Both the position numbers and the translations under genes were made by a program. Shown piece by piece: positions 24,624-34,186 of a DNA stretch of 64,000 nucleotides. Under the pieces are notes generated by a model. The model was not told the DNA's origin. It did no database searches and saw nothing but the letters and a program-made list of their open reading frames with translations. This stretch comes from a virus (Duplodnaviria; Caudoviricetes), in IMG/VR virus record IMGVR_UViG_3300021400_001698, positions 1-64,000 of that record. The stretch is one strand, 5' to 3'. Within the stretch, counting starts at the first letter, position 1, and each line of letters begins with the position of its first letter.

Positions 24624-25115
24624 ACTGTAAAGTATTAAATCCTTTTCAAATTCTACCTAATTATAACGCTTTTAAAGGTATATGTCAATAGAAATCAGCA
24701 AAGTTTTTTTATTCAGTTTTATGTATATTTATACAGTCATATATATATTGTATTTATATACATACAATGTATATTTTATTGTTAGCACTCAAACATATGT
24801 TCGTTTTTATTATACTGTATATTGTATACACGATTTTATTATACTAAAGTTTTAATGCGTTAAACTTTAGAACTTCACCGTACTAAAGTGAGACGGCCTG
24901 TCCCAAGAGGGTATATCCCCGGGTGGGTTACGCGAGGTAGATTGTGAAATTTTTAACTTATCACTTATCGAATGACACTCCTTTTTTTCGAAAAAATCTC
25001 GAACATATGTTCGTAGAACATACATTTACTTGTATGGGCCGGGGATGTTTATGGGTTAACGCGTTAATACTTTAACGTGTGAAAGTATCCTCTGGAAAAT
25101 AATCTCCATGAAATC

Positions 25116-25164
25116 AAAAATCAAAACCTAAAACCCAAAAACTAAAATTCAAAACCCAAAATTT
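25116..25164 (+). repeat. seven tandem 7-bp A-tract repeats abutting a promoter
   Basis: AAAAATC AAAACCT AAAACCC AAAAACT AAAATTC AAAACCC AAAATTT. Confidence 0.75.
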
Positions 25165-25191
25165 GACAAACTCCCAAACCCATGATATAAT
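25163..25191 (+). promoter_or_regulatory. sigmaA promoter with extended -10
   Basis: TTGACA-17-TATAAT with TG at -15/-14. Confidence 0.88.
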
Positions 25192-25244
25192 ATAAGTAGA
25201 GTAAAAAATTAGAGGAGGACCAACACTTACGTTGGCTTATATAA

Positions 25245-26558
25245 ATGCAAAATAGACTTAAATTAGATTTTAGTTTGGAAACTGCAGAAGAGCGTAAAAA
25301 CTTCCTCTCAACCTATCTCGTCCAATTTGACAATTTAACCCAAACCGAACTTGCGACTCTTGCAGACTATCTCCTTTGGGGTAAAGACGAAAGCGGCGAA
25401 GCCATAGGTAAAGGAACAGGTTTAAGAACTCGTTGGACCAAGGACGACGAATTCGAATCACTTGACTCTCTTCTTGAAAATCCAAACTTCAACGACCTAC
25501 AAATTCACACATTAAGTGAGACGGTCCCACTTAAACGTCCTAAAGCGACTTTTTCTCGGTCAGCCGCACTTAAAAACTGTCCTGAAGACCTTCGTAAAAC
25601 CTTCGAAGAACTTTGGCATCAAATTGACTCAACCGACTTACTCATTACCTACTATGAGTTATTAAACGGAAAAAGAACTCTCGCTCCAAGACAAGAACTT
25701 ATCGACCGTTTCACATTAGACGAAAGAAACAATTTACTTGCGGCGGCTCAAAAACTTACTCAATTTACCTATCTCAAAAAAAGACACGAATTAATTGATT
25801 TACGACGTCAGCAATTTACGCTAAAAGACTCATACAATGCGCCAATTAACACATTAAACCATTTACCACAACCGCAACTTATCAATACAATAACTTTTGA
25901 CGTTGACATTCCCGTTTATCCGCTTGGTTTGCGCGAAGGTCAACTCGCACAATTAATTTTTGACAAAAATCTTGACCCCGCGCACCTCAACGACGAACAA
26001 CTCAACCAACTTAACACCTTCTTAATTGAGAAACGAAAACCTAAACCTGCTCGAAACTTCGATTTCCGCGAACTTGAACCCGTTTATCAGTTATTCCTTT
26101 TTCATGAAGACCTAACCGATCGAATTGAGGAAGCCAAGGAAGCCCATTTAGTTGAATCAAACCTCGATAAGCTTATAGACACGCTAAACTTTTATATCGA
26201 CCTTACCGACCTAACCGAGGTTCAACAAGTTATCTTACAAAAGAAAATTAACCACGAAAAAAATTCTGATATAGCGGGGTATGTAAATAGGACCTACGGT
26301 AAGTCCTATACGGCAAACTATATAAGTACAATTTTTAGACAAAAAATTATACCGAAAATTAACGAGTCGGCAAAGTTCCACTTAGAAACCGTAAGCAACT
26401 ATTTCTTCCCTGAGAATTTTAAGAAATGTAGTGAATGCGGGCGGATTTTACTTCTCCATGAGAATAATTGGGTTAGAAAGGCAAGAAGCAAAGATGGATT
26501 TCAAAGTCGATGCAAGAGATGTGAGAAGAAGATAAGGGAGGAGAAGAAAAAGAAATGA
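25245..26558 (+). CDS. putative transcription regulator (sigma70 region-4-like HTH plus C-terminal Zn finger)
   Basis: LTEVQQVIL...KNSDIA...YISTIF HTH-like segment; CSEC...CKRC. Confidence 0.55.
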   Translation: MQNRLKLDFSLETAEERKNFLSTYLVQFDNLTQTELATLADYLLWGKDESGEAIGKGTGLRTRWTKDDEFESLDSLLENPNFNDLQIHTLSETVPLKRPKATFSRSAALKNCPEDLRKTFEELWHQIDSTDLLITYYELLNGKRTLAPRQELIDRFTLDERNNLLAAAQKLTQFTYLKKRHELIDLRRQQFTLKDSYNAPINTLNHLPQPQLINTITFDVDIPVYPLGLREGQLAQLIFDKNLDPAHLNDEQLNQLNTFLIEKRKPKPARNFDFRELEPVYQLFLFHEDLTDRIEEAKEAHLVESNLDKLIDTLNFYIDLTDLTEVQQVILQKKINHEKNSDIAGYVNRTYGKSYTANYISTIFRQKIIPKINESAKFHLETVSNYFFPENFKKCSECGRILLLHENNWVRKARSKDGFQSRCKRCEKKIREEKKKK

Positions 26559-26794
26559 AGTTACGACAGAATTTAACAGAAAAGATTGCAAGAGAACTTG
26601 TAAAGTTAGAAGCTACAGAGTTCTTAGGTGTATGTACAATCGTTGATGTGCGGCCGATTGATGAGGATGGTCATCCGAAGGAGTTTATAACTCTTTGGAA
26701 TGAAGTTATAGATAAGATTGATGGAATGAATAGGATAAGGAAAAGAAATTTAGAATCACTTGTGCGCGCGGCCATAAAAAAGGAGGGTAAGTAA
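26555..26794 (+). CDS. hypothetical protein
   Basis: Coupled ORF in the packaging operon. Confidence 0.75.
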   Translation: MKLRQNLTEKIARELVKLEATEFLGVCTIVDVRPIDEDGHPKEFITLWNEVIDKIDGMNRIRKRNLESLVRAAIKKEGK

Positions 26795-27783
26795 TGGCAG
26801 TTAAACCTAAAATTACTTTAGACTTTACTTTTAAGAATTGTGATTCATGCGGCCGCGCACTTGACTCACTTTCTTTTCTTAAAACGAAATCTTTTCTTTT
26901 CCCCTCTGGCCACATTAATATTTGTACTGATTGTCTTGCGAAAGAACTTGCGGCTAATAACTATAGTTGGAACGCAATGGATAGGTTATGTCAGTATTTA
27001 GATATACCTTTTATTCCTGATAAGTATGAAGAGTTAAAAGCTACGACTGGCGAAGGGCCGCAATTACTTGAAGCTTATAATCGTATTTTCTTTTCAGAAG
27101 AATATGAAGGAATTGACTGGGGTAGTTATGAAGAAGCTTATCGTGAGTTGGACGAACAGGGCGGCCTAGCGGAAGTTGTACCCGTCCTGGCAGAAGAAGA
27201 GCGTTCAAGACTCCAACAAAAATGGGGTATGAACTATGATGAAGAAGCACTTCGCTATTTAGAAAACCTCTACGATGGCATGACTTTGACTCAAAACATC
27301 AATGGGGCGCTCCAAATTGACCAAGCACTTAAAATTTGTAAAGTATCTTATGAAATAGATTGTTGCTTGCGCGAAGGTAAAGACATTGATAAGCTACTTG
27401 CATCCTATGATAAATTAGTTAAGACAGGAGAATTTACTCCTAAGAACGTAAAGAACGCAAGTGACTTTGAGTCAATGGGTGAGTTATGCCGTTGGCTTGA
27501 AAAGAAAGGCTTCGTAAATCAATTCTACGATGGAGAAACCCGTGATGTCGTAGATGAAACAATTAAAAATATACAAAGTTGGAATCAACGTTTATATACA
27601 AATGAATCTGGAATCGGCGATGAGATAACCCAACGTATTCAATCTCTTAAAACTGCGGCCGAGCTTGAAACTTATTATGACTTAGACCAAGATGTAGATT
27701 ATGATGACTATGAGAATGAAGGTTTTAACCAGTTAATGAAAGATGATGAGTTTGCGGCCGACCTTAATGGGGAGGGGTTATAA
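26794..27783 (+). CDS. putative terminase small subunit (SPbeta YonG-like, N-terminal Zn finger)
   Basis: CDSC...ICTDC; directly upstream of TerL. Confidence 0.6.
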   Translation: MAVKPKITLDFTFKNCDSCGRALDSLSFLKTKSFLFPSGHINICTDCLAKELAANNYSWNAMDRLCQYLDIPFIPDKYEELKATTGEGPQLLEAYNRIFFSEEYEGIDWGSYEEAYRELDEQGGLAEVVPVLAEEERSRLQQKWGMNYDEEALRYLENLYDGMTLTQNINGALQIDQALKICKVSYEIDCCLREGKDIDKLLASYDKLVKTGEFTPKNVKNASDFESMGELCRWLEKKGFVNQFYDGETRDVVDETIKNIQSWNQRLYTNESGIGDEITQRIQSLKTAAELETYYDLDQDVDYDDYENEGFNQLMKDDEFAADLNGEGL

Positions 27784-29594
27784 TGCAGGAAAAACGAAAG
27801 AAGGTTATCCTGGGTAATCGTAAACGGCTTTTAGAGACGGAATTAATTGAAAGGGCCGAAAGAGATGGAATTGAATTAGAAAAAGGTGCATCAATTACTG
27901 CCGAATGGCTTGAACGTCATTTTCAAATGCTGGCTAGTTGGATTCAACTTTTCTCGGCTTATCCAGACTATTATTTAGACATAATAAAACCAGTAGACTC
28001 TGAATTTGGACTTTTCTTTTATCAAAGAATAGTTTTACGAGTCTTAATGCGTTTTAAAGATATATTTATAACTGCGCCGCGTGCGTTTTCTAAATCATTT
28101 ATTATTATACTTGGTCTTTTCCTACAATGCGTGTTTATACCAGGCCGCAAAGTATTCATTTGCGCCAATACAAAACAACAGGCTGCGCAAATTACAAAAG
28201 AAAAAATCTTTGAAATATATGACCATTGGCCACTACTACGAAAAGAAGTTGTGGGCCATGAACTAAAAGAACAACCTGGTAATTTTGGTAAAGACTATGT
28301 AACAATTAGATTTAGAAATGGGTCGCAGTTAGATGTTGTGCTTGCCGGAGATGCCCAACGTGGAGGGCGCCGGCATGGTGGAGTTATTGATGAGATTAGA
28401 GATGGTGATGAAGAGGCTATTAACTCTGTAGTTCTTCCTCTCGTAAACGTATCTCGTCGTTTACCAAACAATACAGTTAATCCTAAAGAACCTAATCAGC
28501 AAATTATTGCGGCTACTTCCGCAGGCATGAAGGCTTCTTTCGCATATGATCGTTTAATTGATACTTTTGAAAATGCGATTATCGACCCTCAACATGCTTT
28601 TATGTTGGGATGCGACTGGCGACTGCCCGCCATGCATGGACTTATTGATCGTCAATTTATTAATAAATTGAAGATGAGTCCTTCATACAATGCAGAGTCT
28701 TTTGCTACAGAATATTTGAGTCTGTGGCAAGGTGGTAGTGAAGATTCTTGGTTCTCTTTTGATAAATTAACTAAATATAGAAAAATAAAAAATCCTGAAA
28801 CGCACGCAATTAATAGACCCGGCTCTGAACAATTCTACTTAATATCAGTGGATGTTGGTCGTATTTCTGACCAGACGGCAGTTTGCGTTTTTAGAGTTAA
28901 TATTATAAAAGGTAAGTTTTATGCAACTTTAGTAAATCTTATTGTTTTAGGTAGGACTCCTCAAACAAAACCGTTTGCTGTTCAGGCTGCGGACTTAAAA
29001 AAGATAATTCAAGCATTCAATCCGCGCGAGGTCGTGATTGATACCAATGGACTTGGTGTTGGATTAGGTGACGAATTAATAAAAACTCAATATGATGAGG
29101 TAGGTAATGAATTGCCACCACTTGGTTTCATTAATGATGATACTTATAAAGCAATTCAACCTAAAGATGCGCCACGTATTTTATATGGAGTTAAAGCTAA
29201 TCAACAACTTAACTCTAAAATGCATGGCAACTGTTATTCAAGACTCAATGCGGGCATGGTACATTTTTTGATTAAAGAACAAGAAGCAAAAAGTGCGCTA
29301 TTAGCTACTAAAGTGGGTCAACGAATGACAACGGAACAGCGTGTAATGCGACTGATGCCACACGAAATGACAACTAAACTGTTTGAAGAAATGAGTAATT
29401 TACGTTTGAAACGCACCGGAGTTAGTTTGGATATAGTATTAGAAAGAATTAATTCACGTTTCCCAAAAGATAAATTTTCTTCATTCGAATATGGACTTTA
29501 TAGGATTAAAGAAATGGAAGAAGAATATTATAAAAAGAAACAACGTCGAAGTGCGGGCGAGCGCAAATTAGTTTTCTTTACAGGGGGTAAATAA
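27783..29594 (+). CDS. terL: terminase large subunit
   Basis: APRAFSKS Walker A, VIDE Walker B, SVDVGR RNase H-fold nuclease motif, C-terminal KD.FS. Confidence 0.92.
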   Translation: MQEKRKKVILGNRKRLLETELIERAERDGIELEKGASITAEWLERHFQMLASWIQLFSAYPDYYLDIIKPVDSEFGLFFYQRIVLRVLMRFKDIFITAPRAFSKSFIIILGLFLQCVFIPGRKVFICANTKQQAAQITKEKIFEIYDHWPLLRKEVVGHELKEQPGNFGKDYVTIRFRNGSQLDVVLAGDAQRGGRRHGGVIDEIRDGDEEAINSVVLPLVNVSRRLPNNTVNPKEPNQQIIAATSAGMKASFAYDRLIDTFENAIIDPQHAFMLGCDWRLPAMHGLIDRQFINKLKMSPSYNAESFATEYLSLWQGGSEDSWFSFDKLTKYRKIKNPETHAINRPGSEQFYLISVDVGRISDQTAVCVFRVNIIKGKFYATLVNLIVLGRTPQTKPFAVQAADLKKIIQAFNPREVVIDTNGLGVGLGDELIKTQYDEVGNELPPLGFINDDTYKAIQPKDAPRILYGVKANQQLNSKMHGNCYSRLNAGMVHFLIKEQEAKSALLATKVGQRMTTEQRVMRLMPHEMTTKLFEEMSNLRLKRTGVSLDIVLERINSRFPKDKFSSFEYGLYRIKEMEEEYYKKKQRRSAGERKLVFFTGGK

Positions 29595-31100
29595 ATGGAT
29601 ATAAAGACACAAGAACAAATCACCTCCTTTACTTCTGCCTACCAGAAAATGATTGATAATGTTGATAAAGAAACAACAAGTTCAGGAATTATTGATTACT
29701 ATGGTTATTATAATCGTTGGTTAAAGCGCGATCCCAAAACTGGAAGCTATTCTCGTGAAGAGATCGACCGCATACTTGATTCTGCAGACTTGCAATCAAA
29801 AATTACTTTATCACGTTATTTCTTCGAACATAATAGTTTTTATCGTAGAATTTTATTGCACTATGCTACTTTATTAAAATATATAGGCATTTTAATTCCG
29901 AATCCAACTTTTGGTTTAAAGCTCTCCAAACCTAGTATTCAAAAGAAGTATAGAAACGCAGTAAATTTTATTGATAATGCTAAGTTCCCTTCTTTATTCA
30001 CTCATTTTGCTGTTAAGGCACTAAGAGATGGAACCTATTATGGTCTTATCTCAGACGTCTCAAACAAAGGTCTTGTCATTTTGGACTTACCGACAAAATA
30101 TTGTCGTTCTAATTATATTGATAGTGATGGAAACGATGTATTAGAATTTAATGTGCAGTACTTTGACACTATTGTTGATAGTGAAATCAGAGAAAACACA
30201 TTAGATGTTTATCCTGAGTTCATTGTAAATTGGTATAGAAAATATAAGAAAGGAAAGATTAAGAAATATTGGTGTCCATTACCTGGTGATATTGCAGTTT
30301 ATCTGCCGCTGGTTGATGGCATGCCTACTTTCTTAGAACTTATACCCGCCGCACTTGAATATGAAGAAGCAAAATCTATTAACAAGGCGCGCGACCTCAA
30401 TGAAATACGTAAAATTATCGTTCAAAAAATTCCCCACTTACAAGATGGTGGACTTTTATTCGAACCAGATGAAGCTGAATATATCCATAAAGGTACAGTT
30501 AATATGTTAAAGAATGACCCTAATGTCAGTGTTTTAACAACCTATGCCGATGTGGATTCAATTGTTGCTCATAGTAGTAATGATAATGCACTGAATAGTG
30601 TGGATAAGGCTTTAACGAATATCTATGCGGAATCGGGTTCAAGTAGCCAATTATTTGGTACTGAGTCAAATTTGTCTTTGGAAACTTCAATTAATAATGA
30701 TATGGCATTAATGATGATGTTTGCGAAGAGATTAGATAAACTGGTAACTCGAATTGTGAATGATAAGTTTAGTAATGGTGAAGTTGATTTTAACTATGAA
30801 CTTTTACCTATTACTTATTACAATGAATCTAAGTATATCGAAAATTCATTAAAACTTGCTAATTCTGGTTACAGTTTCATCATTCCTGCGCTTGCTATGG
30901 GAATTTCACAAAATGAAATTGTAAATATTAAAGATTTAGAAAATGATGTATTGAAACTTGGTGATAAACTTATTCCATTAAGTACTTCGTATACTCAATC
31001 CGGTAATTCCCCTGGGCGTCCTGCTTTAGACCCTCAGGATAAGAGTGAAAAGACCGTCGCTAATGAAGTTTCATTAGATAAAGGAGGAAATACGAACTAA
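29595..31100 (+). CDS. portal protein
   Basis: Position after TerL, about 500 aa, SPbeta YonE-like layout. Confidence 0.8.
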   Translation: MDIKTQEQITSFTSAYQKMIDNVDKETTSSGIIDYYGYYNRWLKRDPKTGSYSREEIDRILDSADLQSKITLSRYFFEHNSFYRRILLHYATLLKYIGILIPNPTFGLKLSKPSIQKKYRNAVNFIDNAKFPSLFTHFAVKALRDGTYYGLISDVSNKGLVILDLPTKYCRSNYIDSDGNDVLEFNVQYFDTIVDSEIRENTLDVYPEFIVNWYRKYKKGKIKKYWCPLPGDIAVYLPLVDGMPTFLELIPAALEYEEAKSINKARDLNEIRKIIVQKIPHLQDGGLLFEPDEAEYIHKGTVNMLKNDPNVSVLTTYADVDSIVAHSSNDNALNSVDKALTNIYAESGSSSQLFGTESNLSLETSINNDMALMMMFAKRLDKLVTRIVNDKFSNGEVDFNYELLPITYYNESKYIENSLKLANSGYSFIIPALAMGISQNEIVNIKDLENDVLKLGDKLIPLSTSYTQSGNSPGRPALDPQDKSEKTVANEVSLDKGGNTN

Positions 31101-32488
31101 TGAATAAAGAACAAATGACTAGTTTCTCTCTATCTGTCTATGGAAACGTTACTGCATATAATGAAGTTCTTTCACAAGCACGTTGCCGCATCTTTTATAA
31201 AGGCGCTAATAGAAATGGTACTTTTATTACAGATGAATTTGCGGAAAAGTTAGTTTCAACTTTACCTTATACTCCCGTTAAAGGAATCTATGATTCTATG
31301 GAAGATGACTTCACCGACCATGGAAAACAAAGATATGAGGGTCGCATTTATGGTATTGTGCCAGAGAATCCTAACTTTGCTTGGGAGCCTCATGTAGATG
31401 AAGATGGGGTTGAACGTATATATGCTTGTACTGACGTTTACCTCTTTACTGGAATCTATAAACAAGAAGCATTACAGATTGTAGATAAAGCACAGTCTAT
31501 GGAGTTATATGCTGACTCAATAGACGGAGAGTGGCAATTTATTAATGGTAAAAGATATTTTGTTTTTAAAGAAGGACGTTTTTTAGGTTTACAGGCACTT
31601 GGTGATGATTATGAGCCTTGCTTTGAAGGCGCGGCATTCTACACGTTCTGTGAGTCAATCAAAAACACCATCGAAGAGTTTGAGCAATTTAAAAAAGCTT
31701 TAGACGAATCGCAATTAGGAGGAGAACAGATGGAGTTTAAACTTTCCGATAATCAGAAGTTAAATATGATTTGGACTCTTCTTAATCCTAACTTCAACGA
31801 AGAAGGCGGCTGGGTGATGGATTACTCAGTTTGTGAAGTATATGATGAATATGCTTTAGTATTCAACTACGCTGAAGGTGGATATGAAAGAGTATATTAT
31901 ACAAAAGAGGATGAAACAGATTCTGTTGCTCTCGACAGGAAAGAAACTGCTTATATTCTTGATGTAAATGAAGAAGAAAAGAGAGCATTAGATATGCTTC
32001 ATTCAATTCGCAACAACTCATTTGAGCATGTTGATGAATATGTTATGGGTCTGGAAGATAAAATTACAGAATCCGACAGCAAAATTGAAGAGTGCAATAT
32101 GACTATTGCTACTTTACAAAAGGAAAATGAAGAAGCTGCAGAGCTTTATAATACAATTAAGACAGAACATGATAATTCTTTAGTAGAACTTGAAAAGTTA
32201 ACCCAAGAAAATGAACAATTAACTAGTTACAAGGCTGCCGCAGAATTAGCGAAGAAGGAAGCAATTCTGACTAAGTATTCTGCTCAACTTGATAACGAAA
32301 CAATTGAAGGTTTCAGAGGTGAACTTGATAATTATACTGAAGAAGGTTTAGAAAAAGAACTTGCTTTTGTATTAGTGCAAAGCAAACCAGCCATTTTTAC
32401 TACTGAAGAAAAAGTTCCTAACTTCGTTCCTAAAGATGATAGCCACAATGGCGGAATCGAGGAAATTCTTAGTAGATACAAAAAATAA
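31100..32488 (+). CDS. prohead protease/scaffold fusion
   Basis: N-terminal NRNGT...LPYTPVKG, QSMEL protease-like domain; C-terminal acidic coiled coil. Confidence 0.75.
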   Translation: MNKEQMTSFSLSVYGNVTAYNEVLSQARCRIFYKGANRNGTFITDEFAEKLVSTLPYTPVKGIYDSMEDDFTDHGKQRYEGRIYGIVPENPNFAWEPHVDEDGVERIYACTDVYLFTGIYKQEALQIVDKAQSMELYADSIDGEWQFINGKRYFVFKEGRFLGLQALGDDYEPCFEGAAFYTFCESIKNTIEEFEQFKKALDESQLGGEQMEFKLSDNQKLNMIWTLLNPNFNEEGGWVMDYSVCEVYDEYALVFNYAEGGYERVYYTKEDETDSVALDRKETAYILDVNEEEKRALDMLHSIRNNSFEHVDEYVMGLEDKITESDSKIEECNMTIATLQKENEEAAELYNTIKTEHDNSLVELEKLTQENEQLTSYKAAAELAKKEAILTKYSAQLDNETIEGFRGELDNYTEEGLEKELAFVLVQSKPAIFTTEEKVPNFVPKDDSHNGGIEEILSRYKK

Positions 32489-32502
32489 CGGAGGAAGAAA
32501 TT

Positions 32503-33093
32503 ATGGCTTTTAAAAGAATGACAATTGACGGTTTTGGTCAATTAGAATTAAATCAGGTAGCCTTCCCCAGAGATGGAAGAATCGAAGCTCAGTGCGCACT
32601 TGATGCAACTGATTTCGCTGATGTTCCTGCTGAAAATGGAATGCTGCTTGCTGTAGATAGAGTCAACAGAACAGTTAAGTTCCCTAAGAGCGCTGTTATA
32701 GCTACTTGCCCTGTTGCACTTAACTATACTACAGAACATATGTATGATGAAAGAGCAAATTCACTTAAGGACTTCAAGCTTGAAAGGGGAACCTTCCTTC
32801 CTAGACTTGGCTTCCTTTCTGTAGGTGAGCTCTTTACAACCAATTGCGTTGGTTATGCTGACACAGAGTGGACCGCTACTGGTTCTGGCGATTCTGCAAA
32901 AACAGCTGATGAGAACTTCATTGAGGCTTGTGAAGCTGTTGATACTACTCCGCTCTATGGTGGTGTTAGTGATGAGGGTGCGATTGCAGTAAGTGCTACT
33001 AAGCCTTCTGCTGGCCCGGTACTCAAGGTTGTTGAAGCCACAACTATGCCGGATGGTTCATTTGGTATTAAGTTCCAGGTTCTGAACGCATAA
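32503..33093 (+). CDS. head decoration/cement protein
   Basis: Position between scaffold and MCP; beta-rich composition. Confidence 0.6.
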   Translation: MAFKRMTIDGFGQLELNQVAFPRDGRIEAQCALDATDFADVPAENGMLLAVDRVNRTVKFPKSAVIATCPVALNYTTEHMYDERANSLKDFKLERGTFLPRLGFLSVGELFTTNCVGYADTEWTATGSGDSAKTADENFIEACEAVDTTPLYGGVSDEGAIAVSATKPSAGPVLKVVEATTMPDGSFGIKFQVLNA

Positions 33094-33115
33094 GAAGAAA
33101 GGAGGAGATTTAGAA

Positions 33116-34177
33116 ATGACTATAAATGAATTAAAACAGTTAGCAATTTATGCTGCTAAAGGTCAAGCCCCTACCAACTTCTCCGTAGAGAACGTGGATG
33201 AAGCACTGGCTGATGGCCTTAGAGAAATGGCTGGTTCAATTAACCAGTTCATGAAGAATAGATATGACATCTATGACATTGTAATCAGCGCTGCTGATGA
33301 GATTGTTCCTAAGAAGGTTATTGATGCCGTAGGCATGTTTGCTGAAGTTCAGCAAGTACCTCAAGGAACAAAAGCTATGTTTAGAACAAAGCTTGGAAGA
33401 ATGAGAGCAAAGAAATTCCTTACTCAAGTTGGTCTTTCTGGTGTTTATGAGACATTCAGACTTGATAATGGAAGATTTGAAGTTGCTGCTCACGCTGTAG
33501 GTGGCGGATGCAGAATTGACTTCGAAAGAATGCTTGACGGAGCTGAGAATATGGCTGAACTCGTTGACCTTCTTACTGAGGCTCAGACAGACGCTGTATA
33601 TCAGGAAGTTCAGAGAGCACTTCGTGCTGCAGTAAATCAGACTGGTGTTCCTGCTAACAACAGAGCAAACGTTACAGTTGGTAATACATTTGATGGAGCT
33701 GAAATGATGAAGCTTATTACAACTGTAAGAGCTTATGGTTCTGGCGCAGTTATCTTTGCACCACCTGAGTTCGTTGCTGCTATGGGTCCTGATGCTATCG
33801 TTCCTATTCCTCAGAGTGGAAACTATGGTGGAGTATATCATCCTCAAGACATCGATGCTATTCACAATACTGGATACATCAACCTGTTCAGAGGAACTCC
33901 TATCGTACAGATTCCTCAGTCATTCACTGATGAGTCAAATACTACAACTTGGATTGACCCTCAACTCGCTTATGTACTTCCTACTGGTGGTGAGAGAGTT
34001 GTTAAGGTTGTATTCGAGGGCAACACTCAAATGTGGGATTGGGTAAACAAAGACCAGTCCATGGAAGTTATGACATATAGAAAGCTTGGAACTGCTATCC
34101 TTGCTTATCATAACTGGGCTATTTATAAGAATGAGGCTATTCCTCAGACTTATAAGGAAATGTATCCTAACGTTTAA
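33116..34177 (+). CDS. major capsid protein
   Basis: Position, 353 aa, strongly biased high-expression codon usage, followed by a strong terminator. Confidence 0.85.
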   Translation: MTINELKQLAIYAAKGQAPTNFSVENVDEALADGLREMAGSINQFMKNRYDIYDIVISAADEIVPKKVIDAVGMFAEVQQVPQGTKAMFRTKLGRMRAKKFLTQVGLSGVYETFRLDNGRFEVAAHAVGGGCRIDFERMLDGAENMAELVDLLTEAQTDAVYQEVQRALRAAVNQTGVPANNRANVTVGNTFDGAEMMKLITTVRAYGSGAVIFAPPEFVAAMGPDAIVPIPQSGNYGGVYHPQDIDAIHNTGYINLFRGTPIVQIPQSFTDESNTTTWIDPQLAYVLPTGGERVVKVVFEGNTQMWDWVNKDQSMEVMTYRKLGTAILAYHNWAIYKNEAIPQTYKEMYPNV

Positions 34178-34186
34178 TTAGGTAAT

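Noticed and set aside
24782-24808. CIRCE (HrcA) element
   Set aside because: Only the left arm TTAGCACTC is present; there is no GAGTGCTAA nine bases later
12766-24830. NrdR boxes (ATACTGTATATTGTA)
   Set aside because: Partial match only and not upstream of nrdDG; better explained by the TGTATACA motif
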